From: Chloroflexota bacterium
Lineage (GTDB): Bacteria > Chloroflexota > UBA6077 > JAJPHF01
Direction: 5' to 3'
Length of the DNA: 64,000 nucleotides
Assembly: GCA_035294645.1 (NCBI GenBank)
Contig: DATGKN010000124.1
Coordinates: 38,335 to 102,334, forward strand
In this document: in pieces, positions 45,236-54,628 of the stretch
Layout of the letters: each line of letters starts with the position of its first letter
Numbering within the stretch: the first letter of the stretch is position 1
Made by a program: the position numbers and the translations under genes
The notes under the pieces: model-generated
What the model saw: only the letters and a program-made list of their open reading frames with translations
Databases searched by the model: none
Told to the model about the DNA's origin: nothing

Positions 45236-46954
45236 TCAGTTCTCGGCAGCACTCGGCCGCACGCGTAGCGTCTGCTCGTGGCGATAGGTCACCAGGCCTG
45301 GCGGTGCGTTGGGGATGCGCCGCACGTACTTGCGTGCCGTACAGTCCACCAGCGCCTGGGCCTCGCCGCGGGCGGCGCTGTGCGCGGCGGCCAGCCGTGC
45401 CGCGGCCTCCAGCACTGCCGGCGGCACCGGCCGGCCGCCGCTGCGGACGATCACGTGGCTACCCGGCACGCCGCGCGCGTGCAGCCAGAGGTCGTCGGGC
45501 CCGGCGAACTCGAACGTGACCCGCTCGTTGCCCAGCGCGCTGGTACCCAGCAGCACCTCGTACCCATCGAGCTGAAGCCGGCGCACGCCGCCGCGCGGGC
45601 GGACTTGCCCCCGCTTAGTGTCAGCGTTGCTGGGCGCCAGGATGCCGCTGGCAACCAACTCACGCCGCAGCTGCTCCAGTGTAGCGGGGTCATCGGCCAG
45701 CTCGACCTGCGCCTGCAGCTCCGCCAGATAGCGCAGCTCGAGCTCCGTCTCCTCGAGCACTCGCGGCACGACACGCGCGGCGTCGCGGGCGCGCGTGTAG
45801 GCGTCGAAGTAGGCGTGGGCGTTCTCCAGCGGGCTGCGCGTGGGATCGAGCGCGATGGTGCGCCCCGCGAAAGTCAACGCCGTCTGCCCCGGGGCGATAG
45901 CGTGCAGGTGCGCCAGCACGGCCTCCCCCGCAGTCCGCAGCGCCTCGGCGTCGGCCGCTTCGTGCAGCGAGCGGTGCAGCGCCGCCAGCTTGCGCTCCGC
46001 CTGGTCGCGCCGCGCGGCCAGCGCCTGGAGCAGCGGCGCGCGCTGGAGCGGATAGCGGGCGGGCGGGCGGGAACTGGCGTGCAGCGTCGCGAACGCCTCG
46101 CTGATACTCGCTACCGGACGCAGTACCTCGGGCGGAAACTGGTGGGGCCGGTACGGCGTGGCGTCGGCCGGCTGGCCGTCGCGTAGGATCAGGTGGGGTT
46201 CCCACTGGCCCGTCTCCAGCGGCGCCAGCAGCTCGCGGGCGGCCTGGAGCAGCGCCTGCCAGGGGAGTGGCACGCGCAGCGGGGCACGGTGCTGGCCCGT
46301 GGCGCGGTAGGCGAGTTCCTCGGCAGCCAGCGGGCTAAGCCCCGCCAGGTGAGTGGCCAGAAACTGGCCCAGCGTACGAGTACCGGGATCCTGGGCCGCG
46401 CGCCCCTCCAGAGCCAAGTACGACGCCGCCTGGCGGGGATCGAGCCACTCCCCGCGGGGCGGCGGGATGTAGCGCAGGTGGGGCAGCAGTGGCCGCGTCG
46501 GGTTGAGCTGCGGTGAGACGCGGCGCAGCGCGTCGAGGATCGTGCCATCCTGGTCCACCAACACGAAGTTGCTGCGCCGCCCCATCACCTCCAGGATCAA
46601 GCTGACCCCGTACGCCTGCCCGTGCTCGCCGCGGTGCAAGAAGCGCAGCTCCAGCACCCGTTCGAGCGGCGGCTGGTGCAGCGCGACGAGCCGGGCGCCG
46701 CGGAGATGCTTGCGCAGCAGCAGCAGGAAGGGCGTGACGCGTTCGGTCTCGCGCGCGGGCGGCTGGGGCACCAGATGCACGCGCGCCTGGTCGGCTCGCG
46801 CGGTAGCGTACAGCCAGTGCCGCGCGTGGTGCGCGTATAGCTCCAGCGCCACGCTGTGCTCGTCGACGAGCTGCACCTTCTGCACGCGCCCGTCGAGCAC
46901 GTGCGCTCGCAGCTCGGCGTGGACCGCGTGCAGCGCTAGCGCATCGAACGGCAT
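45236..46954 (-). CDS. rqcH: NFACT family protein (RqcH/FbpA-like, ribosome quality control)
   Basis: MPFDAL, LLLRKHL.GA, ERVL, EVMGRRSN, ENA..YF..Y, NFACT-R DDLWLHARGVPGSHV, PPGLVTY. Confidence 0.9.
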   Translation of the reverse strand: MPFDALALHAVHAELRAHVLDGRVQKVQLVDEHSVALELYAHHARHWLYATARADQARVHLVPQPPARETERVTPFLLLLRKHLRGARLVALHQPPLERVLELRFLHRGEHGQAYGVSLILEVMGRRSNFVLVDQDGTILDALRRVSPQLNPTRPLLPHLRYIPPPRGEWLDPRQAASYLALEGRAAQDPGTRTLGQFLATHLAGLSPLAAEELAYRATGQHRAPLRVPLPWQALLQAARELLAPLETGQWEPHLILRDGQPADATPYRPHQFPPEVLRPVASISEAFATLHASSRPPARYPLQRAPLLQALAARRDQAERKLAALHRSLHEAADAEALRTAGEAVLAHLHAIAPGQTALTFAGRTIALDPTRSPLENAHAYFDAYTRARDAARVVPRVLEETELELRYLAELQAQVELADDPATLEQLRRELVASGILAPSNADTKRGQVRPRGGVRRLQLDGYEVLLGTSALGNERVTFEFAGPDDLWLHARGVPGSHVIVRSGGRPVPPAVLEAAARLAAAHSAARGEAQALVDCTARKYVRRIPNAPPGLVTYRHEQTLRVRPSAAEN

Positions 46955-47087
46955 CGTCGCCCCCCAGCCCCCGCGCCGGGCGCCGCGGGCCCAGCGGGTG
47001 TGCTACCCTTAGGCTAATCGCAACGACGCCGCCGCGTCAGCGCCGTGGGGCGCGCACGGGCGCGAGTCCCTCGCCCGGACAGGAGCG

Positions 47088-47348
47088 ATGAGTGTCGAGC
47101 TGGTCCCGATCGGCTTCAACAATATCGTGGCGATGAACCGCGTGCTGGCGATCCTGAACCCCGACTCCCAGCCCGTGCGCCGCTTGATCCAGGAGGGCCG
47201 CAAGCACGAGCGCGTGGTCGACGCCACGTTCGGCCGGCGAGCCCGAGCAGTGCTGCTCCTCGACAGCGGCCACCTAGTGTTGGCCGCGGTGCAGCCGCAG
47301 ACCATCGCCGGGCGGCTCGACCCGCACCGGGGCACCGACCATGGCTAG
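47088..47348 (+). CDS. remA: DUF370/RemA family regulatory protein
   Basis: IGFNNIVAMNRVLAI.PDS.PV.RL, DATFGRRARAV, LAAVQPQTI. Lies immediately before gmk. Confidence 0.9.
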   Translation: MSVELVPIGFNNIVAMNRVLAILNPDSQPVRRLIQEGRKHERVVDATFGRRARAVLLLDSGHLVLAAVQPQTIAGRLDPHRGTDHG

Positions 47349-47952
47349 TCCGCGCCCGCCTGGTGGCGGCCTGGTGTTCGTGCTCTCGGGCCCCTCGGGC
47401 GTTGGCAAAGACTCGGTGATGGACTGCCTGCGTCGTGAACCGCTCGCCCTGCACTTCTGCATCACGGCGACCACTCGCGCCCAGCGCCGCAACGAGGTGC
47501 ACGGGGTCAACCACTACTTCGTCACCGACGAGCAGTTCCAGGCCATGATCGCCGCCGGCGAGCTACTGGAATGGGCCCGCGTGCACGAGCATTACTACGG
47601 CGTGCCGCTGCAGGAGGTGCGCCGCGCCTTCGCCGAGCGCCGCGATGTGTTCATGCGCATCGATGTGCAGGGCGCCGCCACGGTGCGCGCGCGGCTGCCG
47701 CAGAGCGTGCTGATCTTCCTCGCCCCGGAACGGCTGGAGGATCTGGCGCCGCGGCTGAAAGAGCGCAACACCGAGACGCCCGAGGAGATGGCCCTGCGGC
47801 TGGCCAACGCCCGCTGCGAGATGGAGGCGCTGCCGCGGTTCGACTACGTCGTCGTGAACCGCCAAGGGTGCCTGGAGGAGTCGGTGGCCCGCGTGCGCGC
47901 GATCATCCTGGCCGAGCGCGCGCGGGTGCAGCCGCGCTGGGTGACGCTCTGA
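47341..47952 (+). CDS. gmk: Guanylate kinase
   Basis: SGPSGVGKD, ATTR..R..E..GV.HYF, LEWA.V...YYG, IDVQGA. Confidence 0.96.
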   Translation: MASPRPPGGGLVFVLSGPSGVGKDSVMDCLRREPLALHFCITATTRAQRRNEVHGVNHYFVTDEQFQAMIAAGELLEWARVHEHYYGVPLQEVRRAFAERRDVFMRIDVQGAATVRARLPQSVLIFLAPERLEDLAPRLKERNTETPEEMALRLANARCEMEALPRFDYVVVNRQGCLEESVARVRAIILAERARVQPRWVTL

Positions 47953-47957
47953 GGGCC

Positions 47958-50123
47958 GTGGACGCGCCACTCGTACAGGTCGCGCTGCACGCCACGCAGG
48001 CCCGCCTCGCCCGCCCGCTAACCTACGCCGTGCCGCCCGACTGCCCGGTCGTCCCCGGGCAGCTCGTGTGGGTGCCGCTCAGCACGCGGGCAGTGGCGGG
48101 TGTGGTGGTCGGCCCGGGCGCGGCGGCGGTCGCCCCTGTGCGCCCGCTCCTGGCGGCGTTGAGCCCCGCGCCGCTGCTCACCGCCTGGCAGCTGGCGCTC
48201 GCCGAGTGGATCGCTGCGCGCTACGCCTGCGGCCTGGGCGCCGCCCTAGCGAGCTTCTTGCCACCGGCCGCGCGCGCGCCGCTGCGCCTGGTGCTGGCGA
48301 GCGAGCGCGCCGCCGGGCCCGAGGCGGCCGACCTGCGCGCGGCGTTCGGCCGGCGCCGCTACCTGCCGCTGGCCGAGGCCACCCGCCACCTGGGCATCGA
48401 GCGGGTGGCGCGGGCACTGCGCGCGGGTGTGCTGGCGACCGTGCTGGATGTCCCGCCGCGCGCCGCGCGCTGCGCCCCCCTGGCTCACGGGCTACTGTCC
48501 CGCTCGACGCTCACCACCGCCCAGGCCGCCGCAGTCGACCTGGTGGAGGCGGCGATGGCCGCGCGCCGGGGGGAGGGCTTCCTGCTCCACGGCGTCACCG
48601 GCAGCGGCAAGACGCACGTGTACCTGCACGCCGTGCACCGCGCCCTGGCACGCGACCGCCAGGCGCTCGTCCTGGTGAGCGACATCAGTCTGGTGCCCGC
48701 GGCCTTGCAGCACTACGAGGCGTGGTTTCCCGGGCTGGTGGCTGTCGTGCACAGTGCCCGCTCGCCGGCGGAACAGCGGGGGGCCTGGCGGCGCATCGCC
48801 AGCGGGGAGGCACGCGTGGTGCTGGGCGCGCGTTCGGCGCTGTTCGCACCGCTGGTAGACCTAGGCGTCATCATCGTAGATGAGGAGCACGAGCCGGCCT
48901 ACAAGCAGCAGGACCTGGCTCCCTGCTACCACACGCGCGAGGTGGCGCTCCAGCTCGGGCGCCTAGTCGGGGCGCCGGTGGTGCTCGGCAGCGCCACCCC
49001 AGACGTGGGCACCTACCACCGCGCGTGCAAGGGCGAGCTGCACCTGCTCACCCTACCGCGCCGCTACCAGCCGCGGGCGGGCGCCGACAGCGGCCAGCTG
49101 CCCAGCGTGGAGGTGGTTGACCTGCGGGCCGAGCTGGCCGCGGGGCATACGAGCATCTTCAGCCGCGCCCTGCTCCAAGCGCTGAGCCGCACGCTGGACA
49201 CGGGCGCGCAGGCGATCCTGTACCTCAACCGGCGCGGCACGGCCACCTGCGTCGTCTGCCGCGACTGCGGCCACACGGTGCGCTGTCCGGACTGCGAACT
49301 GCCGATGGTCTACCATGGCGATCTGGGCCTGCTCTTGTGCCACCACTGCAACCGCCGGCGGCCGCCTCCCCCGCGCTGCCCCGCCTGTGCCGGGGCGCGC
49401 ATTCGCTACTTCGGCACGGGCACCCAGCGCGTAGAAGAGGAAGTGCGGCGCCACTTCCCCGGCGCGCGGCTGCTGCGCTGGGACCGTGACACCGTGGACG
49501 ACCGTGGGGCGCATGAGCGGCTATGGGCGGCGTTCAACGCGGGCGAGGCGGACATCTTGGTCGGGACGCAGATGATCGCCAAGGGGTTCGATTTCCCGCG
49601 CGTCGCCCTGGTGGGGGTGGTACTGGCCGACGCGGGCCTGTTCCTGCCCGACTTCCGGGCGGCGGAGCGCACCTTCCAGCTGCTCACGCAGGTGGCGGGG
49701 CGCGCCGGCCGCGGGCCACAGCCGGGGCAGGTGATCGTGCAGACGTACACCCCGGGCCACTACGCGATCCAGGCCGCCCGCCACCACGATTACGTGGCGT
49801 TCGCCGCGCGCGAGCTGGCGTTCCGCGCCGAGCACGGTTACCCGCCCTACCAGCGGCTGGCCCGGCTGCTGTACGCCGACCCGGACGAGGCCCGCTGCTG
49901 GCGCGAGGCGGGACGCGTCCTGCGCGCGCTGCGGGCGCTCGCGGCGCGGCGGCCGGCGCTGGACGCGCGGGTCATCGGCCCCGCCCCCGCATTCCTGCGC
50001 CGCCTGCGGGGCCGCCACCGCTGGCAACTGCTCATCGCCGCCGCGGCCCCCGAGCGACTGCTGGCCGACTACGCGCTACCGCGCGGCTGGACCGTGGATG
50101 TCGATCCCGTAAGCATGCTCTAA
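47958..50123 (+). CDS. priA: Primosomal protein N' (replication restart helicase)
   Basis: LTY.VP, HGVTGSGKT, GARSALF, DEEHE, GSATP, CxxC zinc-binding region, GTQMIAKG, QVAGRAGR, DVDP. Start placed at GTG 47958. Confidence 0.95.
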   Translation: MDAPLVQVALHATQARLARPLTYAVPPDCPVVPGQLVWVPLSTRAVAGVVVGPGAAAVAPVRPLLAALSPAPLLTAWQLALAEWIAARYACGLGAALASFLPPAARAPLRLVLASERAAGPEAADLRAAFGRRRYLPLAEATRHLGIERVARALRAGVLATVLDVPPRAARCAPLAHGLLSRSTLTTAQAAAVDLVEAAMAARRGEGFLLHGVTGSGKTHVYLHAVHRALARDRQALVLVSDISLVPAALQHYEAWFPGLVAVVHSARSPAEQRGAWRRIASGEARVVLGARSALFAPLVDLGVIIVDEEHEPAYKQQDLAPCYHTREVALQLGRLVGAPVVLGSATPDVGTYHRACKGELHLLTLPRRYQPRAGADSGQLPSVEVVDLRAELAAGHTSIFSRALLQALSRTLDTGAQAILYLNRRGTATCVVCRDCGHTVRCPDCELPMVYHGDLGLLLCHHCNRRRPPPPRCPACAGARIRYFGTGTQRVEEEVRRHFPGARLLRWDRDTVDDRGAHERLWAAFNAGEADILVGTQMIAKGFDFPRVALVGVVLADAGLFLPDFRAAERTFQLLTQVAGRAGRGPQPGQVIVQTYTPGHYAIQAARHHDYVAFAARELAFRAEHGYPPYQRLARLLYADPDEARCWREAGRVLRALRALAARRPALDARVIGPAPAFLRRLRGRHRWQLLIAAAAPERLLADYALPRGWTVDVDPVSML

Positions 50124-50137
50124 CGCGGAGGCGCCTA

Positions 50138-50698
50138 GTGGGTGGGACGCTGGTCGTGGTCATCGGCGGCACGCGCAGCGGCAAGTCGGCGTTCGCCGAG
50201 CGCCTGGCGGCGCGCTGGGCACCGGCCGTCCTGTACGTGGCCACCGCGCGCCTGACCGATCCCGAGCTGGCGGCACGAGCGGCGGCCCACCGCGCGCGCC
50301 GCCCGCCGAGCTGGGCCCTGGTCGAGGAGCCGCTGGAGCCAGCGCGCGCCATTGCCGCGCGGCCCGCCCCCGCCGTGGTGCTGCTGGACTCGCTGACTCT
50401 CCTGGTGGCCAACGCGCTCGAGCTGGCGCCGGCGCGCGACGCGCCCGCGGCGCACGTCCAACGCGTGGTGGAGGAGCTGGTGGCCCTGGCGCGCGAGGGC
50501 CAGCGGCGGCTAGTCATCGTCACCGACGAGGTGGGCCAGGGCGGGGTGGCCCTGACCCCGTTGGGCCGCCAGTTCGCTGACCTGCTGGGCGATGCCAACC
50601 AGGCCCTGGCCGCGGCGGCCGACCGCGTCTACTACGTAGTGGCGGGGCTCGCGGTCGACCTGCGCGCGCTGGCGACGCCGGAGGCTGTCGAGCTGTGA
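50138..50698 (+). CDS. cobU: Adenosylcobinamide kinase/adenosylcobinamide-phosphate guanylyltransferase
   Basis: GGTRSGKSAFAE, YVATA, HRARRP..W..EEP, LLDSL, VTDEVG.G, VVAG. GGAGG RBS. Confidence 0.93.
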   Translation: MGGTLVVVIGGTRSGKSAFAERLAARWAPAVLYVATARLTDPELAARAAAHRARRPPSWALVEEPLEPARAIAARPAPAVVLLDSLTLLVANALELAPARDAPAAHVQRVVEELVALAREGQRRLVIVTDEVGQGGVALTPLGRQFADLLGDANQALAAAADRVYYVVAGLAVDLRALATPEAVEL

Positions 50699-50758
50699 AC
50701 GCGCCCGAGTGCCGCGCCTACCGACCAGTAGCCGCATCGCCGCGACCAGCGGGGAGGT

Positions 50759-50785
50759 CGTGCGGACCGATCCCCGGTCCGCACG
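50759..50785 (+). terminator. Perfect 11-bp stem hairpin after cobU (possible terminator)
   Basis: CGTGCGGACCG-ATCCC-CGGTCCGCACG, with only a weak U-tract. Confidence 0.5.
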
Positions 50786-50786
50786 G

Positions 50787-50816
50787 TTGACCGTACGTAC
50801 GACCGCTTGCTAGCAT
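50787..50816 (+). promoter_or_regulatory. Putative sigma70 promoter for sod
   Basis: TTGACC-18 nt-TAGCAT with a TG extension. Confidence 0.5.
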
Positions 50817-50948
50817 CCCAACGGAGCAGCGCGTGCGCGCATGGCAGCGGCGTTCGACCGCGCCAGATGCGGCAGGCTGGTGCGGCCAGCCCTCGTGTCA
50901 CACGCCTACTCTGATGGTCTGCGCCCAGTTGGCGTAAGGAGGACACGC

Positions 50949-51596
50949 ATGGCCCTGCTCACTCAGACCCCCTACAAGCCGCAGAGCTTCAACCACCTCA
51001 AGGGGCTCAACGGCATCTCCGACGCGACCCTGGAGATGCACTTCGCCCTGTACAACGGCTACGTGACCAACACCAACAAGCTGACCGAAGAGCTACTCGA
51101 GCTGGCCCACAAGGGCCAGACGGCCACTCCGGCCTACGCCGAGCTCACGCGACGGCTGGGCTTCGAGTACAACGGCATGATCCTGCACGAGTACTACTTC
51201 GGGAACCTCACCCCGAACGGCCGAGGACAGCCGCAGAGCGGCTCGCCGCTGATGCAGGCGATCGAGAAGAGCTTCGGCAGCTGGGACGCCTGGCTGCAGG
51301 ATTTCAAGGCCGTGGGGCTGATGCGCGGCGTGGGCTGGGCCATCCTGTTCCAGGACCCGATGACCGGCATGCTCAGCAACCACTGGATCACCCTGCACCA
51401 GGACGGCAACCCCGCGGGCTTCAAGCCACTGCTGGTGATGGACGTCTGGGAGCACGCCTTCCTGCTCGACTACAAGCCGGCCGAGCGCGGCAAGTACATC
51501 GAGGCGTTCTTCTCCAACATCGACTGGGACGCGGTCACCGCGCGCTTCCAGGCCGCCCGGGCCGAGCGGCCGGTGGGGACCCCGGCGATCCTCTAA
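50949..51596 (+). CDS. sod: Fe/Mn superoxide dismutase (short ChrC-like type)
   Basis: Metal ligands in MHFALYNGY, ILHEYYF and DVWEHAF; GVGWA. AAGGAGG RBS. Confidence 0.92.
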   Translation: MALLTQTPYKPQSFNHLKGLNGISDATLEMHFALYNGYVTNTNKLTEELLELAHKGQTATPAYAELTRRLGFEYNGMILHEYYFGNLTPNGRGQPQSGSPLMQAIEKSFGSWDAWLQDFKAVGLMRGVGWAILFQDPMTGMLSNHWITLHQDGNPAGFKPLLVMDVWEHAFLLDYKPAERGKYIEAFFSNIDWDAVTARFQAARAERPVGTPAIL

Positions 51597-51617
51597 CTGC
51601 TCCCGGTAGCGCCTCTG

Positions 51618-51647
51618 GCGGCCGAGTAGCCTAGGCTACTTGGCCGC
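51618..51647. terminator. 30-bp near-perfect palindrome after sod
   Basis: GCGGCCGAGTAGCCT|AGGCTACTTGGCCGC with one G-T wobble and no U-tract. Confidence 0.5.
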
Positions 51648-51768
51648 TCGTCGTCTGCCAGGGGGTGGCGCGGAGCGCCAGGCGGGCTGCCGGCGCGTCG
51701 GCGCCGTTGCTATACTCTGTCGCGGTGCGGCGGGTGCCTTGAACGGCTATGGCGGGGAGGCACGGAGA

Positions 51769-52293
51769 GTGCAACGAGGCGGCGGTGCGCAGAAGCTCGA
51801 CACGATGATCACGCACCTGCGCCTGCTGCTCGCCGACGTCGCGGCGCGCGATGACCAGCTCGCCACGTTGTGCCGCCAGCTCCGCGAGCAGAGCGAGCGC
51901 GTGGTCACCTTCAGTCTCTATGGCGACGCGGATCTCGGGCGCTCGTTGGCGCTGCTCAGCGATATCGAGCAGCGCCTCGTCGCTGCCGAGACGGAGCGGC
52001 GCCACCTCCAGCGTATCCGGGAGCGGGCCGAGCGCGAGCTGGAGTCGCTGCTGCTGACCAAGGGCGTCGAGCAGGCCAAGGCGCGCCTAGCAAGTCTGTA
52101 TGAGCAGCGGCTGGAGATCCAGGCGGCGCTCGCCCAGCTCACCGCGCCGGGCACGCCGCATATCGACCTCGACCGCGCCGGCCAGCTCGAACGCGCCGCG
52201 AGCGCGCTCGACCAAGAGATCCGGCAGCTGCAGCAGGAGATCAACGAGGCGAGCGAGCGCGCGGCGCGCTCGGTCGAGGGGCAGCGCCGGTGA
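51769..52293 (+). CDS. Coiled-coil hypothetical protein
   Basis: Heptad-rich L/E/R/Q sequence. GTG start after GGGGAGG/GGAGA; TGC-TATACT at 51708-51716. Confidence 0.7.
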   Translation: MQRGGGAQKLDTMITHLRLLLADVAARDDQLATLCRQLREQSERVVTFSLYGDADLGRSLALLSDIEQRLVAAETERRHLQRIRERAERELESLLLTKGVEQAKARLASLYEQRLEIQAALAQLTAPGTPHIDLDRAGQLERAASALDQEIRQLQQEINEASERAARSVEGQRR

Positions 52294-52345
52294 GCCCTTC
52301 TGGTGGTCGCCCTGGCGCACCCTTCCCCCGAGCGTGCGACGGCCG

Positions 52346-54628
52346 ATGAGCGTCGCCACGGTGCTCGACCGCTGGCAGCACTCGCCGGCGATCGCCCCAC
52401 ACCTCACGGCCCTCCGCTGGCTTCCCGCGCGACCAGCGCGCTACGGCCCTTGGCCAGCTGCCCTGGACCCGCGGCTGCGGGATGGGCTCCAGCACCGGGG
52501 CATCGCGCGCCTGTACTCCCACCAGGCCCAGGCGGTGAGCGCGGCGCTGGCCGGCCGCCACGTGGTGGTCGTCTCCCCTACCGCCTCCGGCAAGACGCTG
52601 TGCTACAACCTGCCCGTCCTCCACACCCTGCTGCGTGAACCGGCTGCGCGCGCCCTGTATTTGTTCCCGACCAAGGCGCTGGCCCACGACCAGCTCGCCG
52701 AGCTGCATGCCTGGGCACGGGCGCTCGACGTGCCGCTGCGCGCATTCACCTACGACGGCGACACGCCGGCCACCGCTCGCCAGCAAGTGCGCGTGGCGGG
52801 CAGCCTCGTGGTCACCAACCCCGACATGCTCCATGCCGCGCTGCTGCCGCAGCATACGCAATGGTGCGCGCTGTTCGAGCACTTGCGCTATGTGATCATC
52901 GACGAGCTGCACACGTACCGCGGGCTGTTCGGCTCGCACCTGGCCAACGTCCTGCGGCGACTGAAGCGCCTGGCGGCCCACTACGGCAGCCGCCCGCAGT
53001 TCCTGCTCGCCTCGGCGACCATCGGCAACCCGCGCGAGCTGGCCGAGCAGCTGCTCGACGAGCCCGTCGAGCTGGTCGACGACAACGGCGCCCCCACAGG
53101 CCCGCGGTGCTTCGCCATCTACAACCCGCCGGCGATCGAGCCCGCGCTCGGCATTCGCCGCAGCGCCCTGCTAGCAGCCCGCGACCTGGCGGCCGACCTC
53201 CTGCAGGCCGGGGTGCAGACGATCGTGTTCGCCCGCAGCCGGCTGGCGGTCGAGTTGCTGGTGACGCACCTGCGCGCCGATCGCCGCGTGGGCGACAACG
53301 GGGTGCGCGGCTATCGCGGCGGCTACCTGCCCTCGGAACGCCGCGCCATCGAACAGGGGCTACGCAGCGGCGAGGTGCGCTGCGTGGTGGCGACCAACGC
53401 GCTGGAATTGGGCATCGACATCGGCGGGCTCGACGCCTGCGTGCTCGTCGGCTATCCCGGCTCGATCGCCAGCACCTGGCAGCAGGTCGGGCGCGCAGGA
53501 CGGCGCCAGGCGCTGAGCCTCGCTGTGCTAGTGGCCACCAGCAGCCCGCTGGACCAGTTCCTCGCCGCGCAGCCCGACTACCTGTTCGCCACGCCCGTCG
53601 AGGAGGCACGCATCCATCCTAACAACCTGTACATCCGCACCAGCCACCTCCAGTGCGCGGCGTTCGAGCGCCCGTTCGAGCGCGGCGAGTCGTTCGGCGG
53701 CGAGGACACGCCGCTGCTGCTCGACTTCCTGGCCGAGCAAGAGGTACTCGTGCGTGCCGGCGACCGCTGGTACTGGATGGCCGATGCCTTTCCCGCCCAG
53801 AGCGTCAGTCTGCGCAGCGCGGCGATCGATAACTTCGTGATCGTGGACCTCTCTGCCCCCGGACAGCCGCGAGTGATTGGCGAGCTGGACCGCTGGGCAG
53901 TCCCTACCTTGCTGCACGAGGAGGCCATCTACCTCCACGAGGGGCGCCAGTACCAGGTGGAGCGGCTGGACTGGACGGAGAAGAAAGCATTTGTGCGCCG
54001 CGTGGCGGTCGACTACTATACCGACGCCGAGCTGGCCGTGGAGCTGAAGCCACTGAGCGTAGAGGCCAGCGCGCCGCTGCCGCACGGCGCCCGCCACTGG
54101 GGCGAGGTCGCCCTGACCTTCCAAGCCACCATCTTCAAGAAGCTGAAGCTGCTAACCCACGAGAACGTCGGCTGGGGGCAGATCCAGTTGCCCCAGGAGA
54201 CGTACCATACGGCCGCCTGCTGGCTGACCGTCGAACGCCCGAACACCTCTCCACCGCCCGAGGCCTGGGAGGCCGGCCTCTTAGGCCTCGGGCACCTGCT
54301 GGCCCACCTCGCACCGCTCTACCTGCTGTGCGACCCGCGCGATCTGGGCTGGCGCGCCGAGGTCCGCTCGCCGTTCACGGGCCAGCCGACGATCTACCTC
54401 TACGAGCGGGTCGGCGGCGGCGTGGGCCTGGCCGAGCGACTGTACGCGCTGCACGCCGAGCTGCTGGCCGCGGCAGCCACCCATCTGGAGCGCTGTGGCT
54501 GCGCCGAGGGGTGCCCCTCCTGCGTAGGGCCCCCGCCACCAGCGGCAGCCCACAGCAGCGCCGTGCCGAAGCCGGCGACGCGCCACCTGCTGCGCCTGCT
54601 GCGGGGAACACTGGCACATGCCGACTGA
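52346..54628 (+). CDS. mrfA: DEAD/DEAH helicase with DUF1998 (MrfA/Hrq1-like)
   Basis: LYSHQ, PTASGKT, PTKALAHDQ, DELH, SAT, ATNALELGIDIG, QVGRAGR, and C-terminal C...CGC..GCPSC. Confidence 0.92.
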   Translation: MSVATVLDRWQHSPAIAPHLTALRWLPARPARYGPWPAALDPRLRDGLQHRGIARLYSHQAQAVSAALAGRHVVVVSPTASGKTLCYNLPVLHTLLREPAARALYLFPTKALAHDQLAELHAWARALDVPLRAFTYDGDTPATARQQVRVAGSLVVTNPDMLHAALLPQHTQWCALFEHLRYVIIDELHTYRGLFGSHLANVLRRLKRLAAHYGSRPQFLLASATIGNPRELAEQLLDEPVELVDDNGAPTGPRCFAIYNPPAIEPALGIRRSALLAARDLAADLLQAGVQTIVFARSRLAVELLVTHLRADRRVGDNGVRGYRGGYLPSERRAIEQGLRSGEVRCVVATNALELGIDIGGLDACVLVGYPGSIASTWQQVGRAGRRQALSLAVLVATSSPLDQFLAAQPDYLFATPVEEARIHPNNLYIRTSHLQCAAFERPFERGESFGGEDTPLLLDFLAEQEVLVRAGDRWYWMADAFPAQSVSLRSAAIDNFVIVDLSAPGQPRVIGELDRWAVPTLLHEEAIYLHEGRQYQVERLDWTEKKAFVRRVAVDYYTDAELAVELKPLSVEASAPLPHGARHWGEVALTFQATIFKKLKLLTHENVGWGQIQLPQETYHTAACWLTVERPNTSPPPEAWEAGLLGLGHLLAHLAPLYLLCDPRDLGWRAEVRSPFTGQPTIYLYERVGGGVGLAERLYALHAELLAAAATHLERCGCAEGCPSCVGPPPPAAAHSSAVPKPATRHLLRLLRGTLAHAD

